From Methanobrevibacter sp. (GTDB taxonomy: Archaea; Methanobacteriota; Methanobacteria; Methanobacteriales; Methanobacteriaceae): a stretch of 44,206 nt of DNA. Under the pieces are notes generated by a model that did not search any database, was not told the origin of the DNA, and worked only from the letters and a program-made list of their open reading frames with translations. The DNA is taken from assembly GCA_030539985.1 (NCBI GenBank), contig JAUNXD010000001.1:1-44206 (forward strand). The letters run 5' to 3'. How positions within the stretch are numbered: position 1 is the stretch's first letter; every line of letters begins with the position of its first letter. The translations under genes and the position numbers were made by a program. This document shows positions 21,496 to 31,270 of this stretch, piece after piece.

Positions 21496-21921
21496 ATGGA
21501 AATTGATTATAAAGAAATCATATCATATGCAGTAATTCTTATAATTGTTTTGATTGCTGCCCAGCACCTGAATGTAGTTGTTTCAGGAAGTATGGAACCT
21601 GCATTCTACAGGGGAGACATTGTCCTTGTTGAAAAGGCCGACTTTTTCGGGCTTCATGAATTTGACCCGACCACTGTAGAGGTAGGAGATGTTGTCGTAT
21701 ATGATGCGGCATGGTATGACCAGCCGGTCATTCACAGAGTTATTAATATTACGGATATCAATGGAACTACGATGTATGTAATCAAGGGGGACAATAATGA
21801 CCGTCCGGACCCTTACTATGTCAAGGCTGACCAGATAAATGAGAAGGTCGTGACACTTGGCGACAATCTTGTCGTTATTCCAAAGATTGGTTATCTTTCC
21901 CTCTGGTTGAGAGGTTTATAA
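21496..21921 (+). CDS. Signal peptidase I, archaeal/Sec11 type
   Basis: N-terminal TM helix, VVSGSMEP, IHRV and KGDNN. Confidence 0.92.
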   Translation: MEIDYKEIISYAVILIIVLIAAQHLNVVVSGSMEPAFYRGDIVLVEKADFFGLHEFDPTTVEVGDVVVYDAAWYDQPVIHRVINITDINGTTMYVIKGDNNDRPDPYYVKADQINEKVVTLGDNLVVIPKIGYLSLWLRGL

Positions 21922-21940
21922 TTATTATTTAGGTGAGTTA

Positions 21941-23641
21941 ATGTATTTTGAAATTGAAAAACAGGCTATTGATGCCATTAACAAGGCATTGGATCAGTAT
22001 GATGTGGAAATTGACAGGGATTTCAGATTGGATTTTCCGCCGAATCCTAGGTTGGGTGATCTTGCAAGTACAGTTGCATTTGCACTCACTAAAAAATTGA
22101 GGACTTCACCTCCTGAAGTCGCTGCAGATTTGGTTGAAAAAATTGAGGTTCCGGAAATATTTTCAAAAGTCCAGAACTTCGGACCTTATGTAAATTTCTT
22201 CATTGATTATGACAAGTTTGCTAAATTATTGCTTAAAAAGGTTGACGACAGCTACGGCCAGCTTCCGGCATGCGGCGAAAAAATCGTTCTCGAGCACACT
22301 TCAGCAAATCCGAACGGACCGTTGCATATAGGACATATCAGAAACTCCATTTTTGGAGATTCCCTTGCAAGACTTTTGAAATTGGCCGGAAGGGATGTCA
22401 CAACTCAGTATTATGTAAATGATATGGGAAGACAAATTGCAATCATTGTCTGCGGAATTACCGAGCTCGGCTTAAAAATCGAAGACTATGATGGCGAAAA
22501 GCTTGACCATAAAATCGGTAAGCTGTACTTTGATGCCAACAAGGCTGTCGAAGAAGATGAAAAATTAGCAAGTAAGGTAGATGAACTTATACAGAAATAT
22601 GAAAATGGCGAGGACGATCAATTAAATGAAATCTTCGAGCAAGTAGTTTCAAGTTGTATCTCTGGAATGAAGATATCACTTCAAAGAATGAATATAAAGC
22701 ATGATGATTTTGTATGGGAAGGTCAGTTTGTAAGAAGCGGTGAAGTCGATGAGCTTGTCAACTATATCCAGAGGGAAGGTTTCACCCGTGAAAACGACGT
22801 GCTCTATATTGATTTGACAGATTTCAACATCGAAAAGGAATTCGTCCTGAGACGCTCAAACGGAACATCCCTGTATTCAACCCGTGATTTGGCATACCAT
22901 AAATACAAGGCCACTTTAGGTGACACCGTACTTGACATTTTAGGTTCAGACCACAAACTGGCCGCAAAACAAATCAAGGTAATATTTGAGGAGATATTAA
23001 GGCAAACACCTCCTGAAGTCATCTTTTATGAATTCATTACACTTCCTGAAGGTTCAATGTCAACCCGCAGAGGCAAGTTCGTATCCGTTGACGAACTGAT
23101 TGACGAAGCTGTATTAAGGGCAACTCATGAGATAAAATCAAGAAACCCTGATTTAACTGATGAAGAAATCGCACCAATGGCTGAAGAGATTGGTGTCGGA
23201 GCAATAAGGTTCTTCATTGCCAAATTGTCCCCTGAAAAGCACTTGACCTTCAAATGGGATGAGGCATTAAGCTTCGAGAGAGGTTGCGCATCCATTCAGT
23301 ATGCACACGCAAGGGCATGCAAGCTCCTTGCAAAATCAGGTAAAGACGTCAGCTCCTTAACAGTCAGTGATGATTGGACTCCTAATGATGCAGAACAGGA
23401 TTTAATCAGACAGATTGCAAAATTCCCGCAGGTCGTTGAGGATTGTGCAAACAAAAAGAGAGTTCACAATATCACTCAATACGCACAGGACCTTGCCGGT
23501 TCATTCAACAAGTTCTACAAATCCGAACAGGTCATAGGCTCTGATGTTGAGGATACTAGACTGATTTTGGTTGACAGGGCAAAAATAACAATTAAAAACG
23601 CTTTAGATATTTTAGGTGTAACAGCACCTGAAAAAATGTAG
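21941..23641 (+). CDS. argS: Arginine--tRNA ligase
   Basis: Motifs EHTSANPNGPLHIGH, YYVNDMGRQ, MSTRRG and QYAHAR. Confidence 0.97.
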   Translation: MYFEIEKQAIDAINKALDQYDVEIDRDFRLDFPPNPRLGDLASTVAFALTKKLRTSPPEVAADLVEKIEVPEIFSKVQNFGPYVNFFIDYDKFAKLLLKKVDDSYGQLPACGEKIVLEHTSANPNGPLHIGHIRNSIFGDSLARLLKLAGRDVTTQYYVNDMGRQIAIIVCGITELGLKIEDYDGEKLDHKIGKLYFDANKAVEEDEKLASKVDELIQKYENGEDDQLNEIFEQVVSSCISGMKISLQRMNIKHDDFVWEGQFVRSGEVDELVNYIQREGFTRENDVLYIDLTDFNIEKEFVLRRSNGTSLYSTRDLAYHKYKATLGDTVLDILGSDHKLAAKQIKVIFEEILRQTPPEVIFYEFITLPEGSMSTRRGKFVSVDELIDEAVLRATHEIKSRNPDLTDEEIAPMAEEIGVGAIRFFIAKLSPEKHLTFKWDEALSFERGCASIQYAHARACKLLAKSGKDVSSLTVSDDWTPNDAEQDLIRQIAKFPQVVEDCANKKRVHNITQYAQDLAGSFNKFYKSEQVIGSDVEDTRLILVDRAKITIKNALDILGVTAPEKM

Positions 23642-23676
23642 ATGAGTGATTTTAACTCATCTTAAACTTTTTTTTT
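23641..23676 (+). terminator. Hairpin plus T-run between convergent argS and nitroreductase
   Basis: GATGAGT-gatttta-ACTCATC followed by a T9 run. Confidence 0.6.
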
Positions 23677-23678
23677 AA

Positions 23679-24212
23679 TTAATCCACAAAGTGGATATAA
23701 TCTTCTTTTCTCGGAAGCGGTTCTGGAGATTCCATATCAGGATATCCAAGCACAACATGACCGATTCCCTCATAAGTTTCCGGAATTCCCCATTCCTTAA
23801 GCAATTCCTTACCTTTTTCACTTGAAAATTCTTCCCGTGCTCTATGAATCCAGCAGCTGCCAACACCAACTGCATGGGCGGCGTTAACAAGAACCGCAAG
23901 GACACTTGCCCCATCCTCTTGATAGGTAGGTATTTCACTATCCGCCAGCACTATCAAAAGTGTCTTTGCACCATATAACGGATCCATGTCTTCCGGAACG
24001 TCAACAGGGAAGAAACTTCTGTTCCAAGCTGAAAACTCTTTAATTGTTTCTTTGTTTTGTATTACAACAATCTTCGGTGATTGAAGACCTCTTCCTGTTG
24101 GAGCGTATGTTCCGGCTTCAAGTATTGTTTTCAACTCTTTGTCACTTATCTGTTTGTCTTTGAATTTTCTTATGCTTCTTCTTGTCTTTAGATTTTCAAT
24201 AGTTTCGTTCAT
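23679..24212 (-). CDS. Nitroreductase family protein
   Basis: Motifs TRRSIRKF, APTGRGLQ, GVGSCWI and LGYPD. Confidence 0.92.
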   Translation of the reverse strand: MNETIENLKTRRSIRKFKDKQISDKELKTILEAGTYAPTGRGLQSPKIVVIQNKETIKEFSAWNRSFFPVDVPEDMDPLYGAKTLLIVLADSEIPTYQEDGASVLAVLVNAAHAVGVGSCWIHRAREEFSSEKGKELLKEWGIPETYEGIGHVVLGYPDMESPEPLPRKEDYIHFVD

Positions 24213-24625
24213 ATTATCTCCTCGCAGATTTTTCTCAGTGAATTTTTAAAAATAATGTATTCCTCATCACTCAGTTTGCTTTTAAGGTTTTCATCCCACT
24301 TTTCATCATAATCCATTACCTTTCGGGCGGTTTTTGCCCCTTTTTCAGTCACTTTGATTATCTTTGTCCTTTTATGGGCTATCCTTTCGATGAACCCTTT
24401 TTCTTCCAGTTTCTTGAGGTTTCTTGTTATTGTACTTTCATTTAAATTGAATGCCTTGGCCAGCTGCTCCTGAATGATTTCCTCTTCCCTGTATATTTTA
24501 ACCAGAATCGGCTGAAGGCCGTAGCTTAGGTTTTCATCCTTTACCTTTTCGTTGAGGAATTTGGCATGCTGCCTGTAAAGTATGGAAATCAGTGGGGAAG
24601 TTGGAATGTCGCTATCAAACCGCAT
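24209..24625 (-). CDS. MarR family transcriptional regulator
   Basis: Winged HTH QEQLAKAFNLNESTITRNLKKLEEKGFIER...TEKG. Overlaps both neighbours. Confidence 0.92.
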   Translation of the reverse strand: MRFDSDIPTSPLISILYRQHAKFLNEKVKDENLSYGLQPILVKIYREEEIIQEQLAKAFNLNESTITRNLKKLEEKGFIERIAHKRTKIIKVTEKGAKTARKVMDYDEKWDENLKSKLSDEEYIIFKNSLRKICEEII

Positions 24626-25985
24626 TCTTCTGCCCCCTTATCAGTTTGTTTATGTACAGTTCGATGCATGCATAACATATCAGCGACCCTATTCCTCCTC
24701 CAAGAAGCATTCCGCAGTATATTCCGAACTCTCCCATGTTGAATGTGAATCCTAAGAGATATGCGAATATTAGCACAAGTATGAATTCCCTGAAAGTTGT
24801 AAGGGCGAATGACACTGTTCCCTTTCCGACGCCCTGGAATACGTTACCCGCACTCGCCCCGAAGGGCACGTACAGGATAAACAGGCACATTATCTGCAGG
24901 AAACCTGCTATTGCCGGTGCCAATCCGGCGCTGCTTTCGGAGTATGAAAATATCAATGCTATCTGATTTGCAAACACAAATAGGATTATGCACACGATTA
25001 TGGATGCTATCAAAGCCACCTTAACGGCATATCTTGCAGTGACCCTCAGGTTTTCGTATTTTCTTGCTCCATAAGCCACTCCAGCCACTGATATTGCCGC
25101 TGTCCCGACTCCTATTGCAGGAAGCATTCCGATGTTTACTATTCTCCATCCTGCAGTATAGACGGCCACAGCTACCGGTCCGGATACTATTGTGAGCATG
25201 TAGTTTACAAATATTGTCAGAACTGACAGGACCAGCTGCTCAAGGCTTGCAGGAATTCCTACAACAAGAATGTCTTTATACATTTTAAAGTCATTACTGA
25301 AGTCTTTCCTGTTATATGATAGGTAAGTGTCTTTTTTGATGAAAATCCAGTAGAACATCAACATCAGGCTTATGAATGGTCCGATAGCTGTTGCCCATGC
25401 GGCTCCGGCGATTCCCAAATTTAGTGTGTAGATGAAAATCGGATCAAGAATCATGTTGATTATTGCCGCCAGTGCAATCGGAACTGTTGCCCTTTTGATG
25501 TCTCCTTCGGCTCTGAATGCTCCTCCAACTATTGGAGGCATCAGCAGACCGAATGTCCAGGCAAATATTATAATTCCATACTCCATTGCATAGTCCAGCA
25601 CTGATGAAGCTCCCATCATCATCAGCAGGGGCTTAAGGAAGGTTATAAACAAAACAGTAATTATAACTGACACGATTATGCTTAAAATCAGATTGTGTAT
25701 TGCCGCATTGTTTGCTGAGGATTTGTCTTCGGCTCCAATGTATCTTGATATTAGTGAGTTTCCCCCTGCTCCAAGGCCGTTTCCGAATCCAACCATTATC
25801 AGGAATAATGGTGTGATGTATCCAAGTGCTGCCAGTGGTTCTGCTCCAAGTCCTGCTACCCATATACTGTCGATAATGTTGTTTGCAAATATCAAAAACA
25901 TACTTGCTATAATAGGTAGTGACAGTTTGTTTATTGCCTTTTTAGGGTCTCCAGTTATCATTTCAATGTTGTCATTCTTTTCCAT
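24615..25985 (-). CDS. MATE family efflux transporter
   Basis: Multiple TM helices, DSIWVAGLG, RAEGD and NMILDPIFI. The GAGAGGT RBS supports ATG at 25985 rather than 26009. Confidence 0.93.
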   Translation of the reverse strand: MEKNDNIEMITGDPKKAINKLSLPIIASMFLIFANNIIDSIWVAGLGAEPLAALGYITPLFLIMVGFGNGLGAGGNSLISRYIGAEDKSSANNAAIHNLILSIIVSVIITVLFITFLKPLLMMMGASSVLDYAMEYGIIIFAWTFGLLMPPIVGGAFRAEGDIKRATVPIALAAIINMILDPIFIYTLNLGIAGAAWATAIGPFISLMLMFYWIFIKKDTYLSYNRKDFSNDFKMYKDILVVGIPASLEQLVLSVLTIFVNYMLTIVSGPVAVAVYTAGWRIVNIGMLPAIGVGTAAISVAGVAYGARKYENLRVTARYAVKVALIASIIVCIILFVFANQIALIFSYSESSAGLAPAIAGFLQIMCLFILYVPFGASAGNVFQGVGKGTVSFALTTFREFILVLIFAYLLGFTFNMGEFGIYCGMLLGGGIGSLICYACIELYINKLIRGQKNAV

Positions 25986-25996
25986 ACTATACCTCT

Positions 25997-26030
25997 CTTG
26001 CATATGCAACTATACTCTTGTATATGCAAG
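25997..26030. promoter_or_regulatory. Twin palindromic operator (TTGCATATGCAA-like), probably bound by MarR
   Basis: CTTGCATATGCAAC (25997-26010) and CTTGTATATGCAAG (26017-26030) start 20 bp apart. They lie between a TATA-like element and the MATE RBS. Confidence 0.7.
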
Positions 26031-26203
26031 TGTTAGTATTTATACTTTATTGAGGGCATTTTGAAAAATTGTCACACTTCTTTAATATTGATTTAACTGT
26101 GTAAAATTGCTTTAATTTATTACTTTACGATTTATATATTATTAAAACCTAAAATATACTTGTGTATGTCGACATACCATATTTAAATTGATATGGTGAA
26201 AGA

Positions 26204-27055
26204 ATGTTTTTAAATAATAGATACGATACATTGCAAAAAATGGCATTAATTGCCTTTGCACAGACAATGCTGTCGGCAATGGGTGATACTAGAAAGGTGG
26301 TGAGATTTTATCCGACCGAATTAATAATTCCGACATTTCAGCAGAAATTCATGGATGGTGTTTTGGAGCTTGAAGACGGAACCCTAACCAATATTGAATT
26401 TCAGACTGGAGACCTCGATGAGAATTTTCTGTTAAGATGTGCCCAGTATGCAACCAATCTAAGGGTAATAAGTGGCAGATATGTTGAAACAAAAATATTA
26501 TCAACTGGTTTAAGGATTAATTCAGAAAAAATCGCAATTATTTCAAAAAATTTTCACTTTGCACCTGAATTGTTTTTCTATTCGGAATTTGATGGTTTGG
26601 AAAAATTAATTAATATTAAAAACAAAATCAAAAATAAAGAGAAACTGTCAGCCAGTGACCATTATGATTTAATATTCATTCCTTTAATGGGTAATGTTGA
26701 TGGGGAAGAAGTGGCTGTTGAAGTATTTGAAATTGTCAATAATCAAAAAGTATTCAATAAACATGAACAGATACTTATAAAGAAGTGTCAATATGTTGTG
26801 GCAGATATTATTGCAGATGGTGACAGAAACTTATTTAAAAAATTCATGGAGAAGATATATATGTTAACTATGTTGTCCGGATATTTGGAAGAGCGAGAGG
26901 ACGAATTATTTGAATTTGTTAGGAAAGAAGCTGAAGATGATGGTATGAAGAAGGGTATGGAAAATATCGCTAGAAATATGAAAAGCAAATCTTATCCATA
27001 TTCTGAAATTTCTGACATCACTGGATTGACTATTGAAGAAATAGAAAAGCTTTAA
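26204..27055 (+). CDS. Rpn/YhgA-like PD-(D/E)XK nuclease family protein
   Basis: MDGVLELEDGTLTNIEFQT core and C-terminal GMKKGMENIARNMK...EISDITGLTIEEIEKL tail. GGTGA RBS. Confidence 0.75.
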   Translation: MFLNNRYDTLQKMALIAFAQTMLSAMGDTRKVVRFYPTELIIPTFQQKFMDGVLELEDGTLTNIEFQTGDLDENFLLRCAQYATNLRVISGRYVETKILSTGLRINSEKIAIISKNFHFAPELFFYSEFDGLEKLINIKNKIKNKEKLSASDHYDLIFIPLMGNVDGEEVAVEVFEIVNNQKVFNKHEQILIKKCQYVVADIIADGDRNLFKKFMEKIYMLTMLSGYLEEREDELFEFVRKEAEDDGMKKGMENIARNMKSKSYPYSEISDITGLTIEEIEKL

Positions 27056-27098
27056 AAATTCCTTGAGGAAACAATAAAAAAGAAAAAAAGGAGAAGGT

Positions 27099-27380
27099 CT
27101 ACTGTAAGTTACCTTCTTCGTCAACCATGTTTCCGGATTCGTAGGACTGCCTTACGTAATCTGCAGACATTCCATCACTTTGACCACCACGGATTATGCC
27201 GTCGTCATCGTAATAGAAATTATACTTGCTGTCATAATGCAGATTGGAATTGGATGAGTTCCCGCTAGATGATGATGAGGAAGAGCTTCCACTGGAAGTG
27301 CCTGTACTGCTTGCAGTTGAATTTGTGCTTGAGGCACTGGAATCGGTACTTGCCTCTGAAGTTCCATCTTCAATTACTTG
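27099..27380 (-). pseudogene. 5'-truncated fragment of a Ser-rich, probably secreted protein
   Basis: A 94-codon open frame with no upstream start: QVIEDGTSEASTDSSASS...SNLHYDSKYNFYYDDDGIIRGGQSDGMSADYVRQSYESGNMVDEEGNLQ*. Confidence 0.7.
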
Positions 27381-27471
27381 TCAAAAATGCATTAGATTTT
27401 TTGCATCGATGCAGGTTTTAATATAATTTAAATATTTTTAACGATATACTCTATATAAGGAGAATTTTATT

Positions 27472-28782
27472 ATGAAAGTTTTAGTTGTCGGAACCGGTGC
27501 TCGTGAACATGCAATTGCAGACGCTTTGAAAGATGATGTCGAATTATATGTTTACATGAGTAAAGTTAACCCTGGAATGAGCAAAATAGCCGAATACAAA
27601 CAAGGCGATGAAGGGGAAGTTGAAAAAGTAGCAGCATACGCTGTTGAAAATGATATTGACATTGCATTTATCGGTCCTGAAGCTCCCCTTGGAAAAGGAA
27701 TAGTGGATGAGCTTCAAAAGAACGGAATCAAATGTGTCGGACCAACCCAAAGTGCGGCACGCATTGAAACCGACAAGTCATTTATGAGAAAGCTCTTTGA
27801 GGACTATGAAATCGAAGGATCTCTTGTCTACAAGGTATTCGATAATTCAGATGACGTTTCCGCATTTCTCGATGAGTTTGACCGTGACGTTGTTGTAAAG
27901 CCTGTCGGATTAACCGGAGGCAAAGGAGTTAAGATTGTCGGTGATCACCTGAAAGACAATGAAGAGGCAAAACAGTACTCATGTGAAGTTATTGATAATG
28001 TTATGGGAGGATTTGCTCAGGTAATCATTGAAGAAAGGTTGATTGGTGAGGAATTTACCATTCAGGCTTTCTGTGACGGTGAAAACTTGGCTGCGATGCC
28101 TGCAGCACAGGATCATCCTCATGCATTTGAAGGTGATGTCGGTGCAATCACTGGAGGTATGGGTTCATACTCTGATGTCGGAGGGCTTTTGCCATTTTTA
28201 AGTCAGGAAGATTACGATGCGGCAGTGGAAATTATGAAATCCACTCTTAAGGCCATCGCTGAGGAAGCCGAACCTTACAAAGGCATTTTATACGGTCAGT
28301 TCATGCTCACCGCTGACGGCCCTAAGCTTATTGAGTATAATGCAAGATTCGGTGATCCTGAAGCAATGAACGTATTGCCATTATTGAAAACTCCATTGGC
28401 TGACGTTTGTCAGGCTATCGTTGACGGTAATTTGGATTCTGTCGAGTTTGAAAACAAGGCAAGCGTTTGCAAATACATAGTGCCTGACGGATATCCTGAA
28501 ACAGAATATGCCGGCGAAATTATTGAAGTGGATGAAGAGGCCATTGAGGAAATGGGCGCCAAGGTATTTTACGCTGCGGTATCTGCTGAAGATGATGGAA
28601 TTCACCTTTCCGGTTCAAGGGCATTGGGTATTGTAGCCAGTGGAGATTCCATCGAAGAGGCTGAAAAGATAGCTGAAAAAGCATGTGAGTTTGTAAAAGG
28701 CAACGTTTACCACAGAAGAGATGTCGGTACAACCGAACTTGTAAACAAGCGTGTCGAACACATGAAAGAAATTTTAAACTAA
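27472..28782 (+). CDS. purD: Phosphoribosylamine--glycine ligase
   Basis: Motifs [28 protein letters not shown] and [10 protein letters not shown]. Confidence 0.97.
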   Translation: MKVLVVGTGAREHAIADALKDDVELYVYMSKVNPGMSKIAEYKQGDEGEVEKVAAYAVENDIDIAFIGPEAPLGKGIVDELQKNGIKCVGPTQSAARIETDKSFMRKLFEDYEIEGSLVYKVFDNSDDVSAFLDEFDRDVVVKPVGLTGGKGVKIVGDHLKDNEEAKQYSCEVIDNVMGGFAQVIIEERLIGEEFTIQAFCDGENLAAMPAAQDHPHAFEGDVGAITGGMGSYSDVGGLLPFLSQEDYDAAVEIMKSTLKAIAEEAEPYKGILYGQFMLTADGPKLIEYNARFGDPEAMNVLPLLKTPLADVCQAIVDGNLDSVEFENKASVCKYIVPDGYPETEYAGEIIEVDEEAIEEMGAKVFYAAVSAEDDGIHLSGSRALGIVASGDSIEEAEKIAEKACEFVKGNVYHRRDVGTTELVNKRVEHMKEILN

Positions 28783-28800
28783 ATTTCTTTTCTTTTATTT

Positions 28801-29637
28801 TTGGTGATTTCAATTAGAAAATACAGTCCGGAAGAGATGGAATATCTAAAAAAAGACGTCTATAATCGTTTGGAGCTTTTAAAGGAAAACACAGAAGATC
28901 CCGAAACCCTCGATAAACTGAATAAGTTTTCTTCTGATTTGACAAATATGGATTATTCCACCCGAAAGGATGTAAAAAAGCTTAAAAGAATGAATAAGAG
29001 ATTAAGCTTTTATCAGAGATTTAAAAATGCCCTTCAAAGTGACATTGACATTGACCCAGGTCGTCTGATGGGACTTACCGACGGCATTTTTGGAATGGTA
29101 ATGACATTGCTGGTTTTCGGTATTGCCCTTCCCGAACTGCAGATTGCCAATTACACAGACTTCATAACATTCATCTCAACATTGACGCCTACTGTTGGCG
29201 TTACAATAGTCAGTTTCATACTGATCAGTTCGTTCTGGGTCTATCATCATGAATTCATCAAGGTCAAGACCCTAAACATTCCGTACCTCTGGATTAACAT
29301 ACTGTTTCTCATTTGCATATCATTCATGCCGTTTACCACATCACTGATTGGAAACTATTCCCATTTCTTTTTGTCTGAGACACTGTTCGGTTTGGATATA
29401 TTTTTAACCAGTATATTGTTCCTGTTAATGTATTACTATGCATACAATAGGAATTTCCTTGAAAAAACACCAACTAAGGAAGAAAACAATAGGGTTTTGC
29501 ATACCTTCATTATAATCATAGGACTTACAGTAACCGTTAACCTTTTGGACTTCAACGTTTCAAGCAATTTCATATACCTGTTCCTTTTGGTTCCTGTTAT
29601 ATCAACAATCATGGATATTAACTCAAAAATGAAATAA
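28801..29637 (+). CDS. TMEM175 (DUF1211) family channel protein with soluble N-terminal extension
   Basis: RLMGLTDGIFGMVMTLLV, SFWVYHH, FMPFTT and ~6 TM helices. Exact start uncertain (28801, 28804 or 28837). Confidence 0.82.
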   Translation: MVISIRKYSPEEMEYLKKDVYNRLELLKENTEDPETLDKLNKFSSDLTNMDYSTRKDVKKLKRMNKRLSFYQRFKNALQSDIDIDPGRLMGLTDGIFGMVMTLLVFGIALPELQIANYTDFITFISTLTPTVGVTIVSFILISSFWVYHHEFIKVKTLNIPYLWINILFLICISFMPFTTSLIGNYSHFFLSETLFGLDIFLTSILFLLMYYYAYNRNFLEKTPTKEENNRVLHTFIIIIGLTVTVNLLDFNVSSNFIYLFLLVPVISTIMDINSKMK

Positions 29638-29699
29638 TAGAAACATTTAATATATATTTTTAACAAATATCTTTTTTTATATAATAAGGGGATTTTAAA

Positions 29700-30611
29700 A
29701 TGGGCAGTTTATTATCTATTAGTGACATTAAAGACGATGTTAGATACATTCTTGATTTGGCCAGTAAAATCAAGGCCGGTGAAGTTGAAGACAAACCTCT
29801 TGAAGGCAAGACTTTGGGAATGATTTTTCAAAAGTCATCCACCCGTACAAGGGTATCATTCGATGTTGGAATGTACCAGCTGGGCGGAAGGGCAATATTT
29901 TTATCATCCAATGATTTGCAGATGGGAAGAGGTGAACCGATTTCAGACACCGCCAAGGTTTTAAGCCGTTTCGTTGATGGAATAATTATAAGAGCCATTA
30001 AACATTCCGACGTAGAGGAACTGGCCAGACACGCTGACGTACCTGTCATTAATGGACTGACCGACCTTGAACATCCTTGTCAGGCACTTGCTGACATGCT
30101 CACAATCAAGGAACATCTGGGCGATTGGGAAGGTCGCAAGATCTGTTTTGTCGGTGACGGAAACAATGTATCAAATTCCCTTTTGCTGATTGCTCCCCTT
30201 TTGGGAATGGACATGTCCCTCGCCTGTCCTAAAGGATATGAACCTGCCGAATCCATCATAAAAACCGCAAAGGAATATGCAAGTGAGAACGGAACTGAAA
30301 TAATCATTACCGATGATATAGGTGTGGCTTTGGAAAATGTCGATGCTGTATTTACCGACGTTTGGGTAAGTATGGGTGATGAGGCTGAAAAGGCTCAAAG
30401 GAAAATTGATTTTGCACCGTTTCAGGTTAATAATGACTTGATGAGTCTTGCCAATGACGGAGCCATTTTCATGCATTGTCTTCCTGCAATAAGAGGTCAG
30501 GAAGTTACCTCTGAGGTCATTGACGGACCGCAGTCTGTAATTTACGATGAGGCTGAAAACAGGATGCATGCCCAGAAGGCGGTTTTATACCATTATCTAA
30601 AGTCCCAGTAG
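29700..30611 (+). CDS. argF: Ornithine carbamoyltransferase
   Basis: Motifs STRTRVSF, HPCQALAD, DVWVSMG, HCLP and AENRMH. Confidence 0.97.
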   Translation: MGSLLSISDIKDDVRYILDLASKIKAGEVEDKPLEGKTLGMIFQKSSTRTRVSFDVGMYQLGGRAIFLSSNDLQMGRGEPISDTAKVLSRFVDGIIIRAIKHSDVEELARHADVPVINGLTDLEHPCQALADMLTIKEHLGDWEGRKICFVGDGNNVSNSLLLIAPLLGMDMSLACPKGYEPAESIIKTAKEYASENGTEIIITDDIGVALENVDAVFTDVWVSMGDEAEKAQRKIDFAPFQVNNDLMSLANDGAIFMHCLPAIRGQEVTSEVIDGPQSVIYDEAENRMHAQKAVLYHYLKSQ

Positions 30612-30848
30612 GGACATTATTGCGCCTACGATAAATATTAATATCAGGCATCCGCAACAGCCCATAAGTGTTGAATCATTTGATTTGCCCCCTGTTTTGG
30701 TGGTTGAACTTTCATTGCTGCTGCTTCTGTTAGGGGTTGCTTCAATAACTTCTGTTTTTTTAACTTCTTCCTCTTTTAATTTTTCTCCACAGTTTCTGCA
30801 GAATACTGCATTGTCAGGATTGCTTTCACCGCATTTTCTACAATACAT
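30597..30848 (-). CDS. Zinc-ribbon domain membrane protein
   Basis: CRKCG...FCRNCG N-terminus and C-terminal TM helix. Confidence 0.85.
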   Translation of the reverse strand: MYCRKCGESNPDNAVFCRNCGEKLKEEEVKKTEVIEATPNRSSSNESSTTKTGGKSNDSTLMGCCGCLILIFIVGAIMSLLGL

Positions 30849-31170
30849 ATAAAATCCACCTTAAAATTGTTTTTAAAAATATTATTAATCCGATTCCACC
30901 AATAAATCCAGTAATGAATCTTAAGCCATTTGTACTTTCCCTTGGACCGAAATATTGTGTAAAACCGTCAATCGCCACAGGAATCATCAATATAATTGAA
31001 ATCATCAGTATGTTGATGTCATAGGCATGCCTGATAAAGTGATTAGTTATCAGATAAGCAATCAGGCCCGCATAAAAACCTGTACATCTAGCACAGACTG
31101 GAAACTGATGGTCTTTTATGAAAAAGCTCCTTTCAGGGCGTCTGTGGCAAATGTATTTGGCAATGTTCAT
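30838..31170 (-). CDS. DUF2085 family membrane protein
   Basis: Motifs CHRRPERS, FPVCARCTG, DGFTQ and RESTNGLRFITG. Confidence 0.85.
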   Translation of the reverse strand: MNIAKYICHRRPERSFFIKDHQFPVCARCTGFYAGLIAYLITNHFIRHAYDINILMISIILMIPVAIDGFTQYFGPRESTNGLRFITGFIGGIGLIIFLKTILRWILYVL

Positions 31171-31270
31171 TTATATCACACAATTTGTTATCATTAATTT
31201 CATTCAATAGTTATATATATTTTTGTTTTCATATCTAAATGTATAATATAAATATAAAAAGGTTATTACA

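Noticed and set aside
27244-27426. 60-aa acidic + strand ORF
   Set aside because: It is the reverse-complement shadow of the Ser-rich minus-strand gene fragment.
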